Shown here piece by piece: positions 24,283 to 37,268 of a stretch of 64,000 bases of DNA (position 1 is the first letter of the stretch; each line of letters starts with the position of its first letter). The translations under genes and the position numbers were made by a program. The stretch is from Mobula hypostoma (Eukaryota): positions 42,410,001-42,474,000 of the forward strand of contig NC_086097.1 in NCBI RefSeq assembly GCF_963921235.1, read 5' to 3'. The notes under the pieces are model-generated. The model was given only the letters and a program-made list of their open reading frames with translations. It made no database searches and was not told the origin of the DNA.

Positions 24283-25111
24283 GGATATAGTTACCATGGA
24301 GGTTATGCAGCAAAGGCTCACGAGATCAGTTCCAGAAATTGTGGGACCGTTGAGGAAAGTAAGTCAATTAGGTTTGTATTCACTAGACAAATGAGTGTGG
24401 ATCTTATTAAAGCATACAAATCCCTGTCAAAGTCTAGACAGGCTGGATGTGGGGAGAATATTTCTCTTGAGTGAGGATCTCAGCCTTGGGTTATTGGGCA
24501 AAAGATTTACAATTGAGCAAAAGAGAAATAATCAGAGGATAGTGAACCCGTGTTATTCAACCCAGAAGGCAATAGAGGCCAAGTTTGAATGGATTTAGGG
24601 AGGAGAATAAATTTCCTCCCTCAGCTGCTGCTCACCCTGCTGAGTTCCTTCAGATCATTTTCCTGTAATCTACTCAGGCCCCTGTCACTTGTTTATTTTG
24701 TCTAAATCCCTTCGATTTTACAAATCGAGATATTAAATAATAAATATTCAACAATTTTTCTAGCACTTACTGACACAAGAATCAACTTGATTTTATCCAC
24801 AAACTTTATCCATATTATTTTTATTGTGGCTTCAAACGACACACACAATTTGAATGTACAGACAGTTGCCACTTTAATAAGTACACCAGTACACCTGCTC
24901 ATTAATGCAAATATCCAAGCAGCCAATCGTGTGGGAGCAACTCAATGCATAAAAACATGCAGGCGTTGCCAAGAGGTTCAATTGGTGTTCAGACCAAACA
25001 TTAGAATGGAGAAGAAATGTGACTTTGACCGTGATTGATGCCAGACAGGGTGGTTTGAGTATTACAGAATCTGCTGATCTCCTGGGATTTTCATGCACAA
25101 TAGTCTCAAAG

Positions 25112-25191
25112 CAGAGTTTCTCAATCTGGGGTCCACAGACCCCTCGGTAAAGGATAAGGGTCAATGGCATAAAAATGGTTGCAAACCCCTG
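25112..25191. mobile_element. 80-bp hAT-type MITE
   Basis: Ends cagagtttctcaa / ttgcaaacccctg; target ctctagag (right copy intact, left degenerate); empty site visible at ~63812-63822. Confidence 0.7.
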
Positions 25192-25312
25192 CTCTAGAGC
25201 TTGCAGAGAATGGTACAAAAATCAAAAAAACATTCGGTGAGTGGCAGTTCTGTGGGTGAAAATGTCTTGTCAGAGAGCTCAGAGGAGAATAGCCAGACTC
25301 CAAGCAAACATG

Positions 25313-25533
25313 GAGGGGAGGGAGCGTCGACTCAGACCACGGGAGGCCTGCGTCAGGCATTTTCATGCCTTACAAGACGCAGATTGGAAGTCTGTGTAGG
25401 GTGCCACGCCTCGCACAGACTAGAGCAATGTGTGATTAAGTGCCTTGCTCAAGGGCACAAACAGCTGGGGCTCAAACTAGCGACATTGAGATCACTAGAC
25501 AAACGCCTTAACCACTTGGCCACATGCCCAACA
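25313..25533 (-). mobile_element. tRNA-derived SINE, copy 1
   Basis: Minus strand starts tgttgggcatgtggccaagtggttaaggcg (A-box) and has a B-box-like agtttgagccc; highly similar to 35052-35280. Confidence 0.8.
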
Positions 25534-28050
25534 CAACAGGAAGCTAACAGGAAGGACACAATAACTCAAATAACCGCAAGTTACAACAGTGGAGTTCTGA
25601 AGAACATCACTGAACACACAACACATGGAACCCAGAGCTGAATAGCCTACAGTAGCAGAAGACAATGAACATACACTTACTGGCCACTTTATTAGGTACA
25701 GAAGGTAGCTAATAATGTGGCCACTGAGTGTATATATTCAATAATACTTGCTATTCATAGCATTAGATATAGAATGCAATTTTATTAATAACCATTATAC
25801 CAGGAAGCAGCTTCCTCTGTTATTGAAGTGTTTGTGTTATCTTGGATTGCATTTTCCGATTTACTTAAAAACAGGAACAAATAGCAAATGAGAAGAAACC
25901 TTGGCTCAGTATTCTAAATCATCAAACAAGGTTTTGAAGGCAATGTAGTATTAGCAAGAGCTTAACTGAGGATAAACATTTTGTTTAATGCTGGCGTCAG
26001 GTTCGCCCCAGATTTGATCAGCAACTGAAATGAGTCAACTGAACTCTGTCAGGGTTAGTGTGAGGAAGAGTCGAGCTCTTGCTGCTGAGTGCTTTCCAAT
26101 TAACTCCTAGTAGAAGGTGCGTGACAAATGAGGTCAGATTTAAGTTAAAATGTGCTACGACATATAAATTAATAGTGTGCCAGCATGCATTGCTTGGGCT
26201 CCTGTGAGGAATGAGCAATGGGAGACGATTGTGAAAATTGCAGCTATTGTACCCAGCGTGTGTCTCGTTCTTGTTTCACTGTGGAAATAGACCCAAATTA
26301 TAACTCTTACTTTCTGTTACAAATGTTAATATCTAAGGACATCAGGCAATTAAGAAGCCATGATTTTTTTTGATAAATGGTATTTTTGCCTTTATGGCAT
26401 TGGATTAACATTGTAATAGTCCAAGGGCTTGATGCATTTCGATGGGTGTTAGGCATACTGTGCACAGTTTGGTGTCCTTCACTAATGAAGCTCATACTTG
26501 CTTTCAACAGGGTTCAATCAACGTTCAGTAATGATTCCAGGGATGCTAGACTGACTAGACCTAGCTTATGTCATCTGAAGTTAATATTTTCTGACTGAAA
26601 TATAGAACATTTTGGATTCTCAGCTGTTTTGTCTGCCTAGGAGTATGGTTACTAGTGGTTACGCTTGCAAAATCAGTAGTGTAATTTGAACTTTAGATAA
26701 GGCACTGATTCTTTGTATATGTGACAAAATACCCTGTACTTGTCTCTCCATATATACAAGATATTGCCTCTGCCACTGAAATGCCCTTCATTCCTTTACC
26801 CAGATATGTTTACAGACAAATAGAAACATATGCACATGCAAGAGAAGTTGGTGCATGGATTGGTATACTGGAGTAGAAGTTAGGAAGGAATTTCCAGGTA
26901 ATTGAGTTGAAAGCCAATGCATTATCGATGACAGTATTTCGCTGTGATCATATTGTTTGGGTGAATACATTTGCATGTGTGTGTGTCATGAGGAAAAGGG
27001 GTTCTGCTGATGGAAGTCACATTACTGACCTTTCCCTCACTGGGCTCCACCAATCTTGTACCCTTTTCCCTCATCCCACCTTCTTCCTCAACACCACCCC
27101 CCCACCCCCCGTTTCAATGATGAATATTCTTGATGTGCTGAAGAAATCACTTTTCCTCATGTTTAAATGTCTTTGTGGGGACTGAAAAGTGATGACAAGG
27201 TGCAGAGTTCCTTGCCTGGAGACAGACAAATTACGTATAAACATGCAGACTGCTTGTCGAAGCCTGTGGTATGATCACATACCATAAGCTGCTAGCTGTG
27301 CCTCCCACAACGTTGCTGCCAGTGTTGAAGTGGCAATGTAATACAACTGAAGAAAGATTTCAGCCAAAACATCGCCAGTTTATTCCTCTCCACGGATGAT
27401 ACCTGACCTCCTGAGTTCACCCAGCATTTTATGCATTGCTCTACATTACTGACTTCTCCAGCTATTTCCAGTTATGCCTTTTTCATTAGTAGGTTACCTC
27501 GTCCCGCCAGCAAGAAGTAAGAGGACCCAGTGTCCTTGTGTGACATACTTTCAGGCATCATCAGCCTTGGGACACCAGCCCATTTTCATCAACACCTCTG
27601 CTGTCCAGGTAACTTCAAAGTCCATCAAATGAAACACATGCTGTGCAGATTTAAAAAAATAATTATACACATTGTCATCACACATTCTCAGAGTAACAGT
27701 CAAAAAACCCAATCAGCATAGATTAAAAGGTGTGACTGAATTAAAGAAACTTTTACACACAAAAAAATTGATGGAGGTTTTCAGGAGTTACAGGCAGCCT
27801 CCTAATATACTGGAGAGTTACATATACCTCCATTTACATGTCGACTCACCTCTCTGTGCAGAAAATAAAATCAAAGGAGCAGCATGAAACGAGGCTTCTA
27901 GTTAACCGTCTTTCAATAGACGGTTTCAGGGCATGATTTCATCATGAAATCATGATGCCTGATTTCAGGGCATCTTGTTATTATAATGGATGAGGCCATT
28001 GTCTGCCTCACTGTCCAACTAATTCCACTCCACTGATCTTTCCACCTAAC

Positions 28051-31000
28051 TGTTGCGACGAACGAGGCGAACCCAAATGCAGGACACAGTCGTGGAGATT
28101 GAGTTAGGATGCAGACACGGGTGTGAGTGTTGAACTGCAAACAGGAGGGAGCGCAGGAAAGCAGGAGGCAGGCAGAACTTATCTTGACACAGAGCGTAGA
28201 AAGGAAAGCGGCAGACAAAACTTTTCTTAGCACAGAGAGACGGAGTTACTCAGGTAAACCTCAGTGCTAAAATAAAACTTAGAATATTTATCTTGACATG
28301 GAGAGACTGAGTTTCACAGGTAAGTCTCAGTACTAAAGCAAAACTTGAACACACAATCCGAAGCGGCCAGGAAACATTAATTACCACACTGGCAAAACCA
28401 ACGATCTGGCAACTAGTGGGTGCAAAGCTGGGTTCTTATGCTGCAGGTCTTGATGAAAACCAGGTGTGTCGCCATCAAAGGAAATTAGGAGAAAATGGGG
28501 AATTAACGGTTGGGACCATGATAGTACCGCCCCCAACGGGAGCCTCCAGGCAAACCACCAGGCTTGTCTGGATTGTCTCGATGGAAATCTCGGATGAAGG
28601 AAGGGTCCAAGATGAAGGAGCAGGGGATCGAGGTGTGCTCCTAAGGACCGTATCCCTCCCAATCAACCAGGTACTGGAGACCCCTGCCTTGGCGGCACAC
28701 ATCCAGTATTCACCGAACGGTGTAAGTTGGTTAGTCGTCAATGATCCAGGCGGGTGGAGGAGGTTCAGCAGGAGGGCACAAAGGGCTGACAGATACAGGT
28801 TTCCATTGGGAGACATGGAACATGGGATGAATGTACATGGATCTGGGCAGTTTGAGTTTGACCACCAAGGGGTTGATGATGCTCTCGATTTTGAATGGCC
28901 CGAGGTAATGAGGGGTGAGTTTCTTGGGTTCATTCTTGAGGAGGATGTCTTTTGAAGAGAGCCAAACCTTCTGAGCAGGCCGATAGTTGGGCACAGGAAT
29001 TCGATGGCGATCGGCAATCCTCTTGTTGCGGTCAGTTGAGCGGAGCAGGGCTGCGTGTGCATCCTTCCAGACCTTGCGGCACTGGCGGAGGTGGGCCTGA
29101 ACTGAAGGCACAGTGATGTCGTCTTCATGGGCAGGAAACAGAGGGGGTTGATAACCGAGGGAGCATTCGAAGGGAGACATTCTGGTGGCGGTGCTGGCCA
29201 GGGAGTTGTGGGCATACTCCACCCAAGTGAGGTGGGTGCTCCAGGGTGACAGGTTGTTGGCGGATATGCAGTGCAGTGCTGTTTCCAAATCCTGGTTTGC
29301 TCGTTCCGTTTGACTGTTAGTCTGTGGATGGCAACCGGAAAACAGACTTACTGAGGCTCCAAGGGCTTGACAGAAGGATCTCCAGACTTGAGAGATGAAT
29401 TGGGGGCCCTGGTCAGAAACAATGTCAGAGGGAATTCCATGAAGGCGGAAGACGTGATGGACAAGAAGGTTGGCTGTTTCACGGGCTGTAGGGAGTTTGG
29501 GAAGGGCTATGAAGTGCATGGCTTTGGATAAACGGTCCACCACGGTGAATACAGCAGTGTTACCCTGTGGAGGGTGTAGTCCAGTAACGAAATCCAGAGC
29601 AATGTGGGACCAAGAGCGGCTAGGGACAGGTAGAGGACGAAGTAACCCAGCAGGTGGCCGATGGGAGGCTTTTCCACGGGCACAAACAGAACAGGCAGAG
29701 ATGAAGGAGAAAGTGTCAGCATCCATGGTGGGCCACCAGAAATGTCGCTTCAGAAGGAACAGAGTTCGATCGATTCCAGGATGGCAGGCGAAATGAGAAG
29801 TTTGCCCCCACTGGAGAACCTGAGACCAAACAGAGTCAGGCACAAAGAGGTGATTGGGAGGTCCATTGCTGGGTCAGGTTGAGTCCATTGGGGCTCTTTG
29901 ACTATGGATTCGATCTCTCAGGTGAGGTGCAGCCACCACACAAAATGGTGGAAGGGTTGGGAAGGCCCTCCTCAGAGACGTATTGATGAAAGAGAGCATT
30001 GGGCTTCCCATTCGTGGAACCAGGACGATAGGTGAGGGTGAATTTGAAATGGCCAAAAAATAATGCCCAACAGGCTTGGCGGGAATTAAGGCGTTTAGCG
30101 GTTTGGATGTATGCGAGCTTCTTGTGATCCGTCCAGATGATGAATGGATGTTCAGCTCCCTCCAGCCAGTGCCTCCGCTCCTCCAAGGCGGGCTTGACGG
30201 CCAGCAACTCCAGGTTCCAACGTCGTAGTTCTATTCAGCGGTGGATAGACAGCGAGAGAAGAAGGCGGAGGGATGGAGATTTTGGTCTGGGATGGAGTGT
30301 TGGGAGAGGACTGCTCCCCCCCCAGAGTCGGAGGCGTGGACTTCCACAATGAGTTGGCGAGAGGGGTCAAGTTGGACCCGGATGGGAGCAGAGGTGAAAC
30401 GCCTCTTCGGCTCCGAGAAGGCTGAGTCCGCTTCAGGGGTCCAGTGAAAAGGGGTCGCAGGAGAAGTGAGCTGAGTAAGGGGCGCTGTCACCCGGCTGTA
30501 ATCCCTGATGAAGTGACGGTAGAAGTTTGCGAATCCCAGAAATCGCTGGAGTTGTTTGAGTGTCATGAGTTTTGGCCACTCTGCTACAGCCCGGATCTTT
30601 TCGGGATCTGCCCTCACCTGCCCGCTCTCAATGATGTGCCCCAGGAAACTGACGGAATAGGCATGGAACTCGCACTTCTCTGCCTTAACAAATAGCTTTT
30701 TCTCCAAAAGCCTCTGAAGAACCTGAGGGACATGGTGGGTGTGTTCCTGAAGACTACGGGAGAAGATTAGGATGTCAACCAAATAAACAAAAATGAAACA
30801 GTTAATAATGTCCCTAAGGACTTCATTTAGCAGGGCTTGGAAGACGGTGGGGGCATTGGTGAGACCGAATGGCATGACCAGATATTCGAAATGACCGAGG
30901 GGGCTGTTAAAAGCTGTTTTCCATTCATCTCCCTCCCTTATCCTGACCAAGTGATAGGCATTCCGCAGGTCCAACTTAGAGAAAATGGTGGCTCCGTGAA

Positions 31001-31122
31001 GGGGTTGGAAAGCAGAGTTGATAGGGGCAGGGGATACTTATTCTTTATGGTGATGCAATTCAGGCCACGGTAATCAATGCAGGGGTGCAGTGAGCCGTCT
31101 TTCTTCCCCACAAAGAAGAAAC
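28051..31122 (-). mobile_element. Decayed Gypsy chromovirus (Sushi-like): RT, RNase H, integrase, chromodomain, 3' LTR 28051-28523; 5' part lost
   Basis: [65 protein letters not shown]; minus strand near 28620-28680 reads QYLVDWEGYGP. Confidence 0.95.
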
Positions 31123-31655
31123 CTACGCCTCATCATGGCAGTAGAGGAGGCCCTGTATGGACATGGACTAAACTCAAGTTGGAGAAGCAACACCTCATAT
31201 ACCATCTGGGTAGTCTCCAGCCCCTTGGTATGAACATAGAATTCTCCAACTTCCGGTAATTCCCTCCCCCCTCCCTTCCCCTATCCCTATTTCACTCTGC
31301 CCCCTCCCCCAGCTGCCTATCACCTCCCTCATGGTTCCGCCTCCTTCTACTACCCATTGTGTTTTCCCCTATTCCTTCTTCACCTTTCCTGCCTGTCACC
31401 TCCCAGCTTCCCTTCCCCCACCCCTTTATCTTTCCCCTTACTGGTTTTTCACCTGGAACCTACCAGCCTTCTCCTTCCCACCCTCTCCCACCTTCTTTAT
31501 AGGGCCTCTGCCCCTTCCCTCTTCAGTCCTGACGAAGGGTTCTGGCCCAAAACCTTGACTGATCGTTTCCACGGATGCTGCCTGACCTGCTGAGTTCCTC
31601 CAGTGTGTTGTGAGTGCTGCTTTGATCCCAGCATCTGCAGAGTATTTTGTGTTTA
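31123..31655 (+). mobile_element. PLE 3' end (GIY-YIG C-terminus, pyrimidine tract, mutated hammerhead)
   Basis: KLKLEKQHLIYHLGSLQPLGMNIEFSNFR; near reverse complement of 2147-2600. Confidence 0.9.
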
Positions 31656-32512
31656 TTACGAATATTAGATAGCAGTTACTTAAACTTAATTTTCAGTACA
31701 AATGTCCATATTTTAATATACAGATTTGTTACTCACTTGTGTTATTTTAGGAGGTTAATTAAATTGTACATACTAAATCATCATGTTAAACTGCATTTGA
31801 TAGATACAGAGATGTCCATTCTGTGATTTTCATTCAAATAGCAAAACAGTGCAGATGCTGGAAATCCGAATTAAAACAGGAGATGTAAAGCAAATTGGGC
31901 TGTATCAGGAGAGACCAGAGCTGATGTTTCATAGCTATGACATCCAAGTGTTTCCTGAGATGAGCATTTTAGATTTGTGGTGACTCATTCAGTCTGAGCT
32001 AATAGTAACTATTAGTGATTTAGCAAATTGCTTAAAGACCGTAAAGCTAAAGCAAGAGAAAATAAAACTATTTAGTTTTAAGTTCTCTTATTGGACTGAC
32101 TAAGCATTTTTATAAAATGCGATTATCAATATAGGCAGCACTAGCAAGCCAGGCTGCATCTGTGGACAAAGAAGCAGAGTTAATGTTCTTAAAACATTAA
32201 TTTTCTTTCAATAGAAGGTGTCTGACATGAGTGTTTCTATCATTGCCAGTTTTGTTTCAAATTTACAGCATCTGCAGCTTTTTTTTGATATGAAAATGGC
32301 AACAAAATGGAAACTGATCAAAATATACTTGCCAGCTCCTTTAGTCAGTTGCAGTCAGCAATTTGGTGACATCATTAGGTCCCTCATAACAGACTGCAAG
32401 GCACTGGATGTAGTTTTTCAAAAGTTTGTACAATACCTGCTGGAACTTTGACAAACTTCAAAAACCACCAGCAAACAAGCGAACAACCAGGATGCACCAC
32501 ACATCTTCATCA

Positions 32513-33900
32513 AGGTCAAAGTAAATTTATTATCAAAGTACATTTGTAGGCATTTACAGGAAAATAAATACAATGATTTTATGAAAAATATACAAAGATT
32601 GACGAACAGCCAGTGTGCAAAGAGAGACAAAATAGTGAGAGCATGAGCTGTAAAGAGTCCTGCAAGAAGAGAGATGGTGGGGTTGCTTGATGATGGATGC
32701 TGTTTTCTCGTGGCGGTGTTTCTTGTAAGTGTGCTCAGTGGTGGAGAGTGCTTTGCCTGCGATGGACTGGGCTATATCCACCATTTTTGTAGACCTTTAC
32801 ATTCCTGAGCATTGGTCTTTCCACACCAGGCTGTGATGCAACCAGTTAGGATACTCTCCACCGTGCATCTATAGAAGTTTGTCAAAGTATTAGGTGACAT
32901 GCAGAATCTATGCAGACTTCCAAGAAAGCAGAGACGCTGTCAGTCCTTGTTTTTAATCATACTTGCATGCTAGTCCTAGTCCCAGGACAGATCCCCTGAT
33001 ATGAGAATGCCAAGAAGTTTAAAGTTGCTGACCTTTTACACATCTGATCCCCTTTTGCAGCTGGCACATGGACCTCAGGCTTCCTCCTCTTATAGTCAAT
33101 AATCATTTTGCTGACTGGCTGAAATGTTGTTGTGGTGCCATTCAGCCAGATTTTCAATCTCCCCCTTGTATGCTGATTCATCACCAACTTTGATTTAAGC
33201 AACAGTGGTGTCATCAGCAGACTTAAATACGACACAGGAGCTGTGCTTAGCCTCAGCAGGGGGCTAAGCACTCGGCCTTGTGGTCAGCCCGTGCTGATGG
33301 AGTCTGTGGAGGAGATGTTGTTGCCAAACCATACTCACGGGAGTCTGCAAGTGAGGAAATTGAGGATCCATTTGGATGGGGTGGAGGGGGGTGGAATTGA
33401 AGCCCAGGTCTGGAGATTAGTAATTAGTTTAAAGGGGATGATAGTGTTGGATACTGAGCTGTAGTCAATGAGGAGCGTGCTGATATAATGCATCTTCAAT
33501 GTCCATAGTTGCATAAGGGGCCAAGGAAATGGCATCTGCTGACCTATTGTGACGGAAGGCAAATTGGAGTGGATCCAGGATACTCAGGCAGATGTTGATA
33601 TGATTAATGACTAATTTCTCAAAGCACTTCATCAGAGGATGTAAGTGCCACTGGATGATAGTCATTGGGGCAGGTTACCATGTTCTTCTTGGGCACTGAT
33701 ATGACTGAAGTTTGCCTGAAGCAGGTGGATACCTCAGACTGCCACAGGGACAGGTGGAAGTCATCTTTAAACACTCCAGCCAGTTGATTTGTACAAGATT
33801 TCAGTACTCGACCATTAATACCGTCCCAGAGAAGTTTTTCATGAATTCACCCTCCTGAAGGATGTTCTCATGACAGCCTCAGACTGAAGTCACTGGGACT
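32513..33900 (-). mobile_element. Rex1/Babar-like LINE RT fragment
   Basis: MKCFEKLV..LDPLQFAFRHNRS, LLIDYSSVSNTIIP, WILNFLT.R; tail matches 17820-17890. Confidence 0.88.
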
Positions 33901-33994
33901 GTGGAAGTTTGTGAAGGAGCCCCCATGCTCTGCTAGTTCATGGTGGTCAGTTCATGAGACAAAATGGTGCCATTTCTAGAGCAATACAAATAGA

Positions 33995-34290
33995 GGAACT
34001 CAGCAGATAAGGCAGCTTCGATGGAGTCATGTGTATGTCTGAGACCCTTCATCAGGACTGGAAAGAAAGGAAGCAGAGACAAGGGTTACAAGCTGCAGTT
34101 GAGACTAGGCTAAGCTGAATATGGGAGGGGAGGAGGTGATGTAAGGAGGAGGCAGAGGTAAAGGGCTGAAGAAGGATTCTAATAGAATTCAGTGAAATAA
34201 AGGGAAGGAGGTGGATAACCAGAAGGTGACGATGGGCAGATCATAAGGGCAGGAGAGAAGGGGTGAGAGGGTAACCAGAATAGAGAATAA
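33995..34290 (-). repeat. Degenerate PLE end
   Basis: gaggaactcagcag..gagacccttcatcaggactg followed by a purine-rich tract. Confidence 0.6.
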
Positions 34291-34904
34291 TTCATTAGCT
34301 TTCCCTTCTGAGTTTTTCATTTGAAGATGTATTTTGGCTTATCTGCCTGTAATAAATAAGCAAGCAGTAAAAATATTTCAGATATCCAACTTCTGAGCTG
34401 GTAAATCTTCACTTATCAGTGCCCAGACGTATGAAAGGGATACTGCAAGAAAAATAATAATTTAATAGAGAGTGAAGTGGTTCATTTGTAGTCAGAAAAA
34501 GTAGGTGTGTAGCATTTTGACCAGTATGGAGTGGAGATTGTAAGATTTACACTTTGGCCGTGCCCTCTCTGTTAAACAAGACAATTCTAAATTACCATCA
34601 GCAACCTTGTGTTTGTGTACTATTAACCTTCTGACATTAAGTTTCTCCTGTAATATAACACAGTTCTTCCTTTCCAAATTAGCTTCCCATACACTTGCCA
34701 CTGAACATGCTTATTAGATTTCTAACCTTCTGCAGCAACAATTAAGTCTGCTTTATCCACATGTCTGAACTGCAGAGAATTTCTAGTCTTTACAGTCTTG
34801 CTAGGGTGAGGGTCGAGCAAGATTGACAGTGACACAGAGATGGGGATTGGCGCTGCCAAAGGAAAAAACATGAGCGGGAGAATGCAATGAGGAAGAGATT
34901 CCTA

Positions 34905-35760
34905 TCAGTTATCAGTGGCTCACACTGCATCATCTGTGGATCTACTGCATCTTGATCTTCTGGATGAGTCTCCCATGAGGTACCTTGTCAAACAATTTAC
35001 TAAAATCTATGTAAACATCATCTTCAGCTCTACCTTCATCAATCACCTTTGGGAGGGAACGTCGACTCAGACCATGAGAGGCCTGCATCGAGCATTTTCA
35101 TGCCTTACAAGGTGGAGATTGGAAGTCTGTGTGGGGCGCCACTCCTCACACAGACACTAGAGCAATGTGTGATTAAGTGCCTTGCTCAAGGACACAAACA
35201 CGCTGCCACAGCTGAGGCTCAAACCAGCGACCTTGAGATCACTAGACAAACACCTTAACCACTTGGCCATGTGCCCAACACCTTTGACACCTCCTCAAAA
35301 CTCAATTAAGTTAGTCAGGCATGACCTGCTCCACAAGGCCATGTTGACCGTTCATAATTAGGGCATGGTTTTCCAATTGCTCATAAATCCTACCCCTAAA
35401 AATTTCCCCAGCAACTTCCCTACCTCTGAAGTGAGGCTTACCAGTCTATGATTTCCAGAATTATCTCTGGTTCCCTTCTTGAATAATGAAACAATATCAG
35501 CTACTTGTCAGTCCTCTGGTAACTCTTGTAGCTAGAGAGGACATGAAGGTATTGGTCCTGGCCCCAGCAATCTCATCTCTTGCCTCTCTTAATGATTTGG
35601 GATGTGTACCATCAGGCCCTGGGGACTTATCACCTTAATATACTTTAAGAAATCCCACGCTACCCTTTTATTGTAATGGCCTAGCAAATTAATATGCTTC
35701 AGACTGATCTCCCTATCAGCCACCGTCTTCTCCTTGATAAGTACTCACTCAGGACCTCAC
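34905..35760 (-). mobile_element. Decayed CR1 RT fragment split by a SINE
   Basis: Reverse complement of KSPGPDG (catcaggccctggggactt) and of the NYRPVSLTS-like region. Confidence 0.75.
35052..35280 (-). mobile_element. tRNA-derived SINE, copy 2
   Basis: Similar to 25313-25533; flanked by a (ca)cctttg duplication. Confidence 0.85.
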
Positions 35761-36059
35761 GGGCTCCCTCCTTTATCCTTGAATGATCCTGTTTGTTTGG
35801 ACTGAGATTGAGGCTATAGGAAGAAAGAGAAAAATGGGTACACTTCCAAGGATAGTAGAATGAACTAGCGTGTTAGAGTAGATGTGACGAGTCGGTAAGG
35901 AGTAGAGCGAGTCACAGGGCAGGATTTATCTGAATGTGTCACTGTGTTTACCTTTCCTGAATTTGCTAGATCTCTGCACTAAATCTAGTACAATACTCTT
36001 GCTACTGATAATCTGAATCACTGTTGCTGCAGTAGATTTCTTCCCCACATACTCTGGAG

Positions 36060-36205
36060 ACTATATGACATAGGAGCAGAATTAGGCCATTTGGCCCATT
36101 GAGTCTGCTCTGTCATTCAGTCATGGCTGATCCTTTTCCCCTCCTTAGCCCCACTCCCCAATATGACCTTAAGACATAGGAGCAGAATTAGGCCATTTGG
36201 CCTGT
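36060..36205 (-). mobile_element. Two short CR1 3' tail fragments
   Basis: gacataggagcagaattaggccatttggcc occurs twice. Confidence 0.75.
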
Positions 36206-36599
36206 CGGCGTCCTGATAGAGGCATGCACCCATCCCTCCAGTTCTCTTTCTGTCCAATCAGTACATCAGGCAGCACATGATCAATCAAGATTCAACCATT
36301 CTGAATCCAGAATGAAACCTCAAACTTCAAATAACTTCTGTGAAAGTCAACAGCATACCTGGAAGTAATATTATAATTTGAGGTACTGCATTTTTTTTTA
36401 AAAAGCCTCAAACAGGATAACATTTCTCCCTTTTCTTTTACTTTGCGCCACTCACTACACCAGAAGTCTATTTCAAATGCTTCCCAGAGTCGTTATACTG
36501 GAGCAATGTTACTTCCAATCATGAAATGGATTACTTGCAACAGTTCATACAGAAGTATTTATATTAAACATTGAATGGATTTTTTACATTGAACTAATG

Positions 36600-37040
36600 C
36601 ACACAAAATGCTGGAGGAACTCAGCAGGCCAGGCAGCATCTTTGGAAAAGGGTACAGTCGGCGTTTTGGGCCGTGACCCTTCGGCAGGACACACTGAACT
36701 TATCAGTTTCAGGTAACTCTCTCCCCAGTCTTCTCTTCCCACATGCATTCATCTGTCCACTTAGTTTTCTACTCCATTTCTTTATCCCTCGGACGTCTTC
36801 CCCCAACTGTACCTTGTGCTCATCATCCCTCCCCACCTGGCTCCATCTGTCACCAACCACCCTCTGTCTCAGCCTCTTTGTACTTTATAAACTGGCAATC
36901 TTCCCTGCTCCCCCTCCGTCCTGAGGAAGACTCTCAACCCAAAATGCCAACTTACATTTTTGCCTCTACAGATGCTTCGTATTTGCTGAGTTCTTCCAGC
37001 TTTGTTTTTTTTTTATTCTGGAGTCTGGCATTTGCAATAT
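36600..37040. repeat. Older fold-back PLE-derived insertion
   Basis: aaaatgctggaggaactcagc at left, inverted gctgagttcttccagc at right. Confidence 0.65.
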
Positions 37041-37230
37041 CTCTAGTTTCCATACAAAAGTAGTTGTTTGGGGAACAGCAAGTTCTCCTGCTCAGGAGCC
37101 TCTAGCACCCTGACTGGGGATGTGATCGGTGTGCTGAACAATGAAGAGAAGCAACAGCTCATGTACAAGCAACACACATAAAAATTGCTGGTGAACGCAG
37201 CAGGCCAGGCAGTATCTCTAGGAAGAGGTA

Positions 37231-37268
37231 CAGTCGACGTTTCGGGCCGAGACCCTTCATCAGGACTA
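37231..37268 (-). ncRNA. Minimal hammerhead ribozyme motif, intact core
   Basis: Minus strand tagtc-CTGATGA-agggtctcggccc-GAAAC-GTC-gactg. Confidence 0.8.

Larger units (their letters stand above)
24859..25730 (+). mobile_element. Tc1-like non-autonomous DNA transposon with nested inserts
   Basis: TIR-like cagt(g/t)gccacttta(t/a)ta..taca; TA flanks; colinear with 63560-64000 and, inverted, with 40992-42200. Confidence 0.8.

Noticed and set aside
25465..25533. tRNA gene (also ~35210-35280 and ~18490-18560)
   Set aside because: tRNA-like heads of SINEs; no complete cloverleaf and continuous with the SINE body
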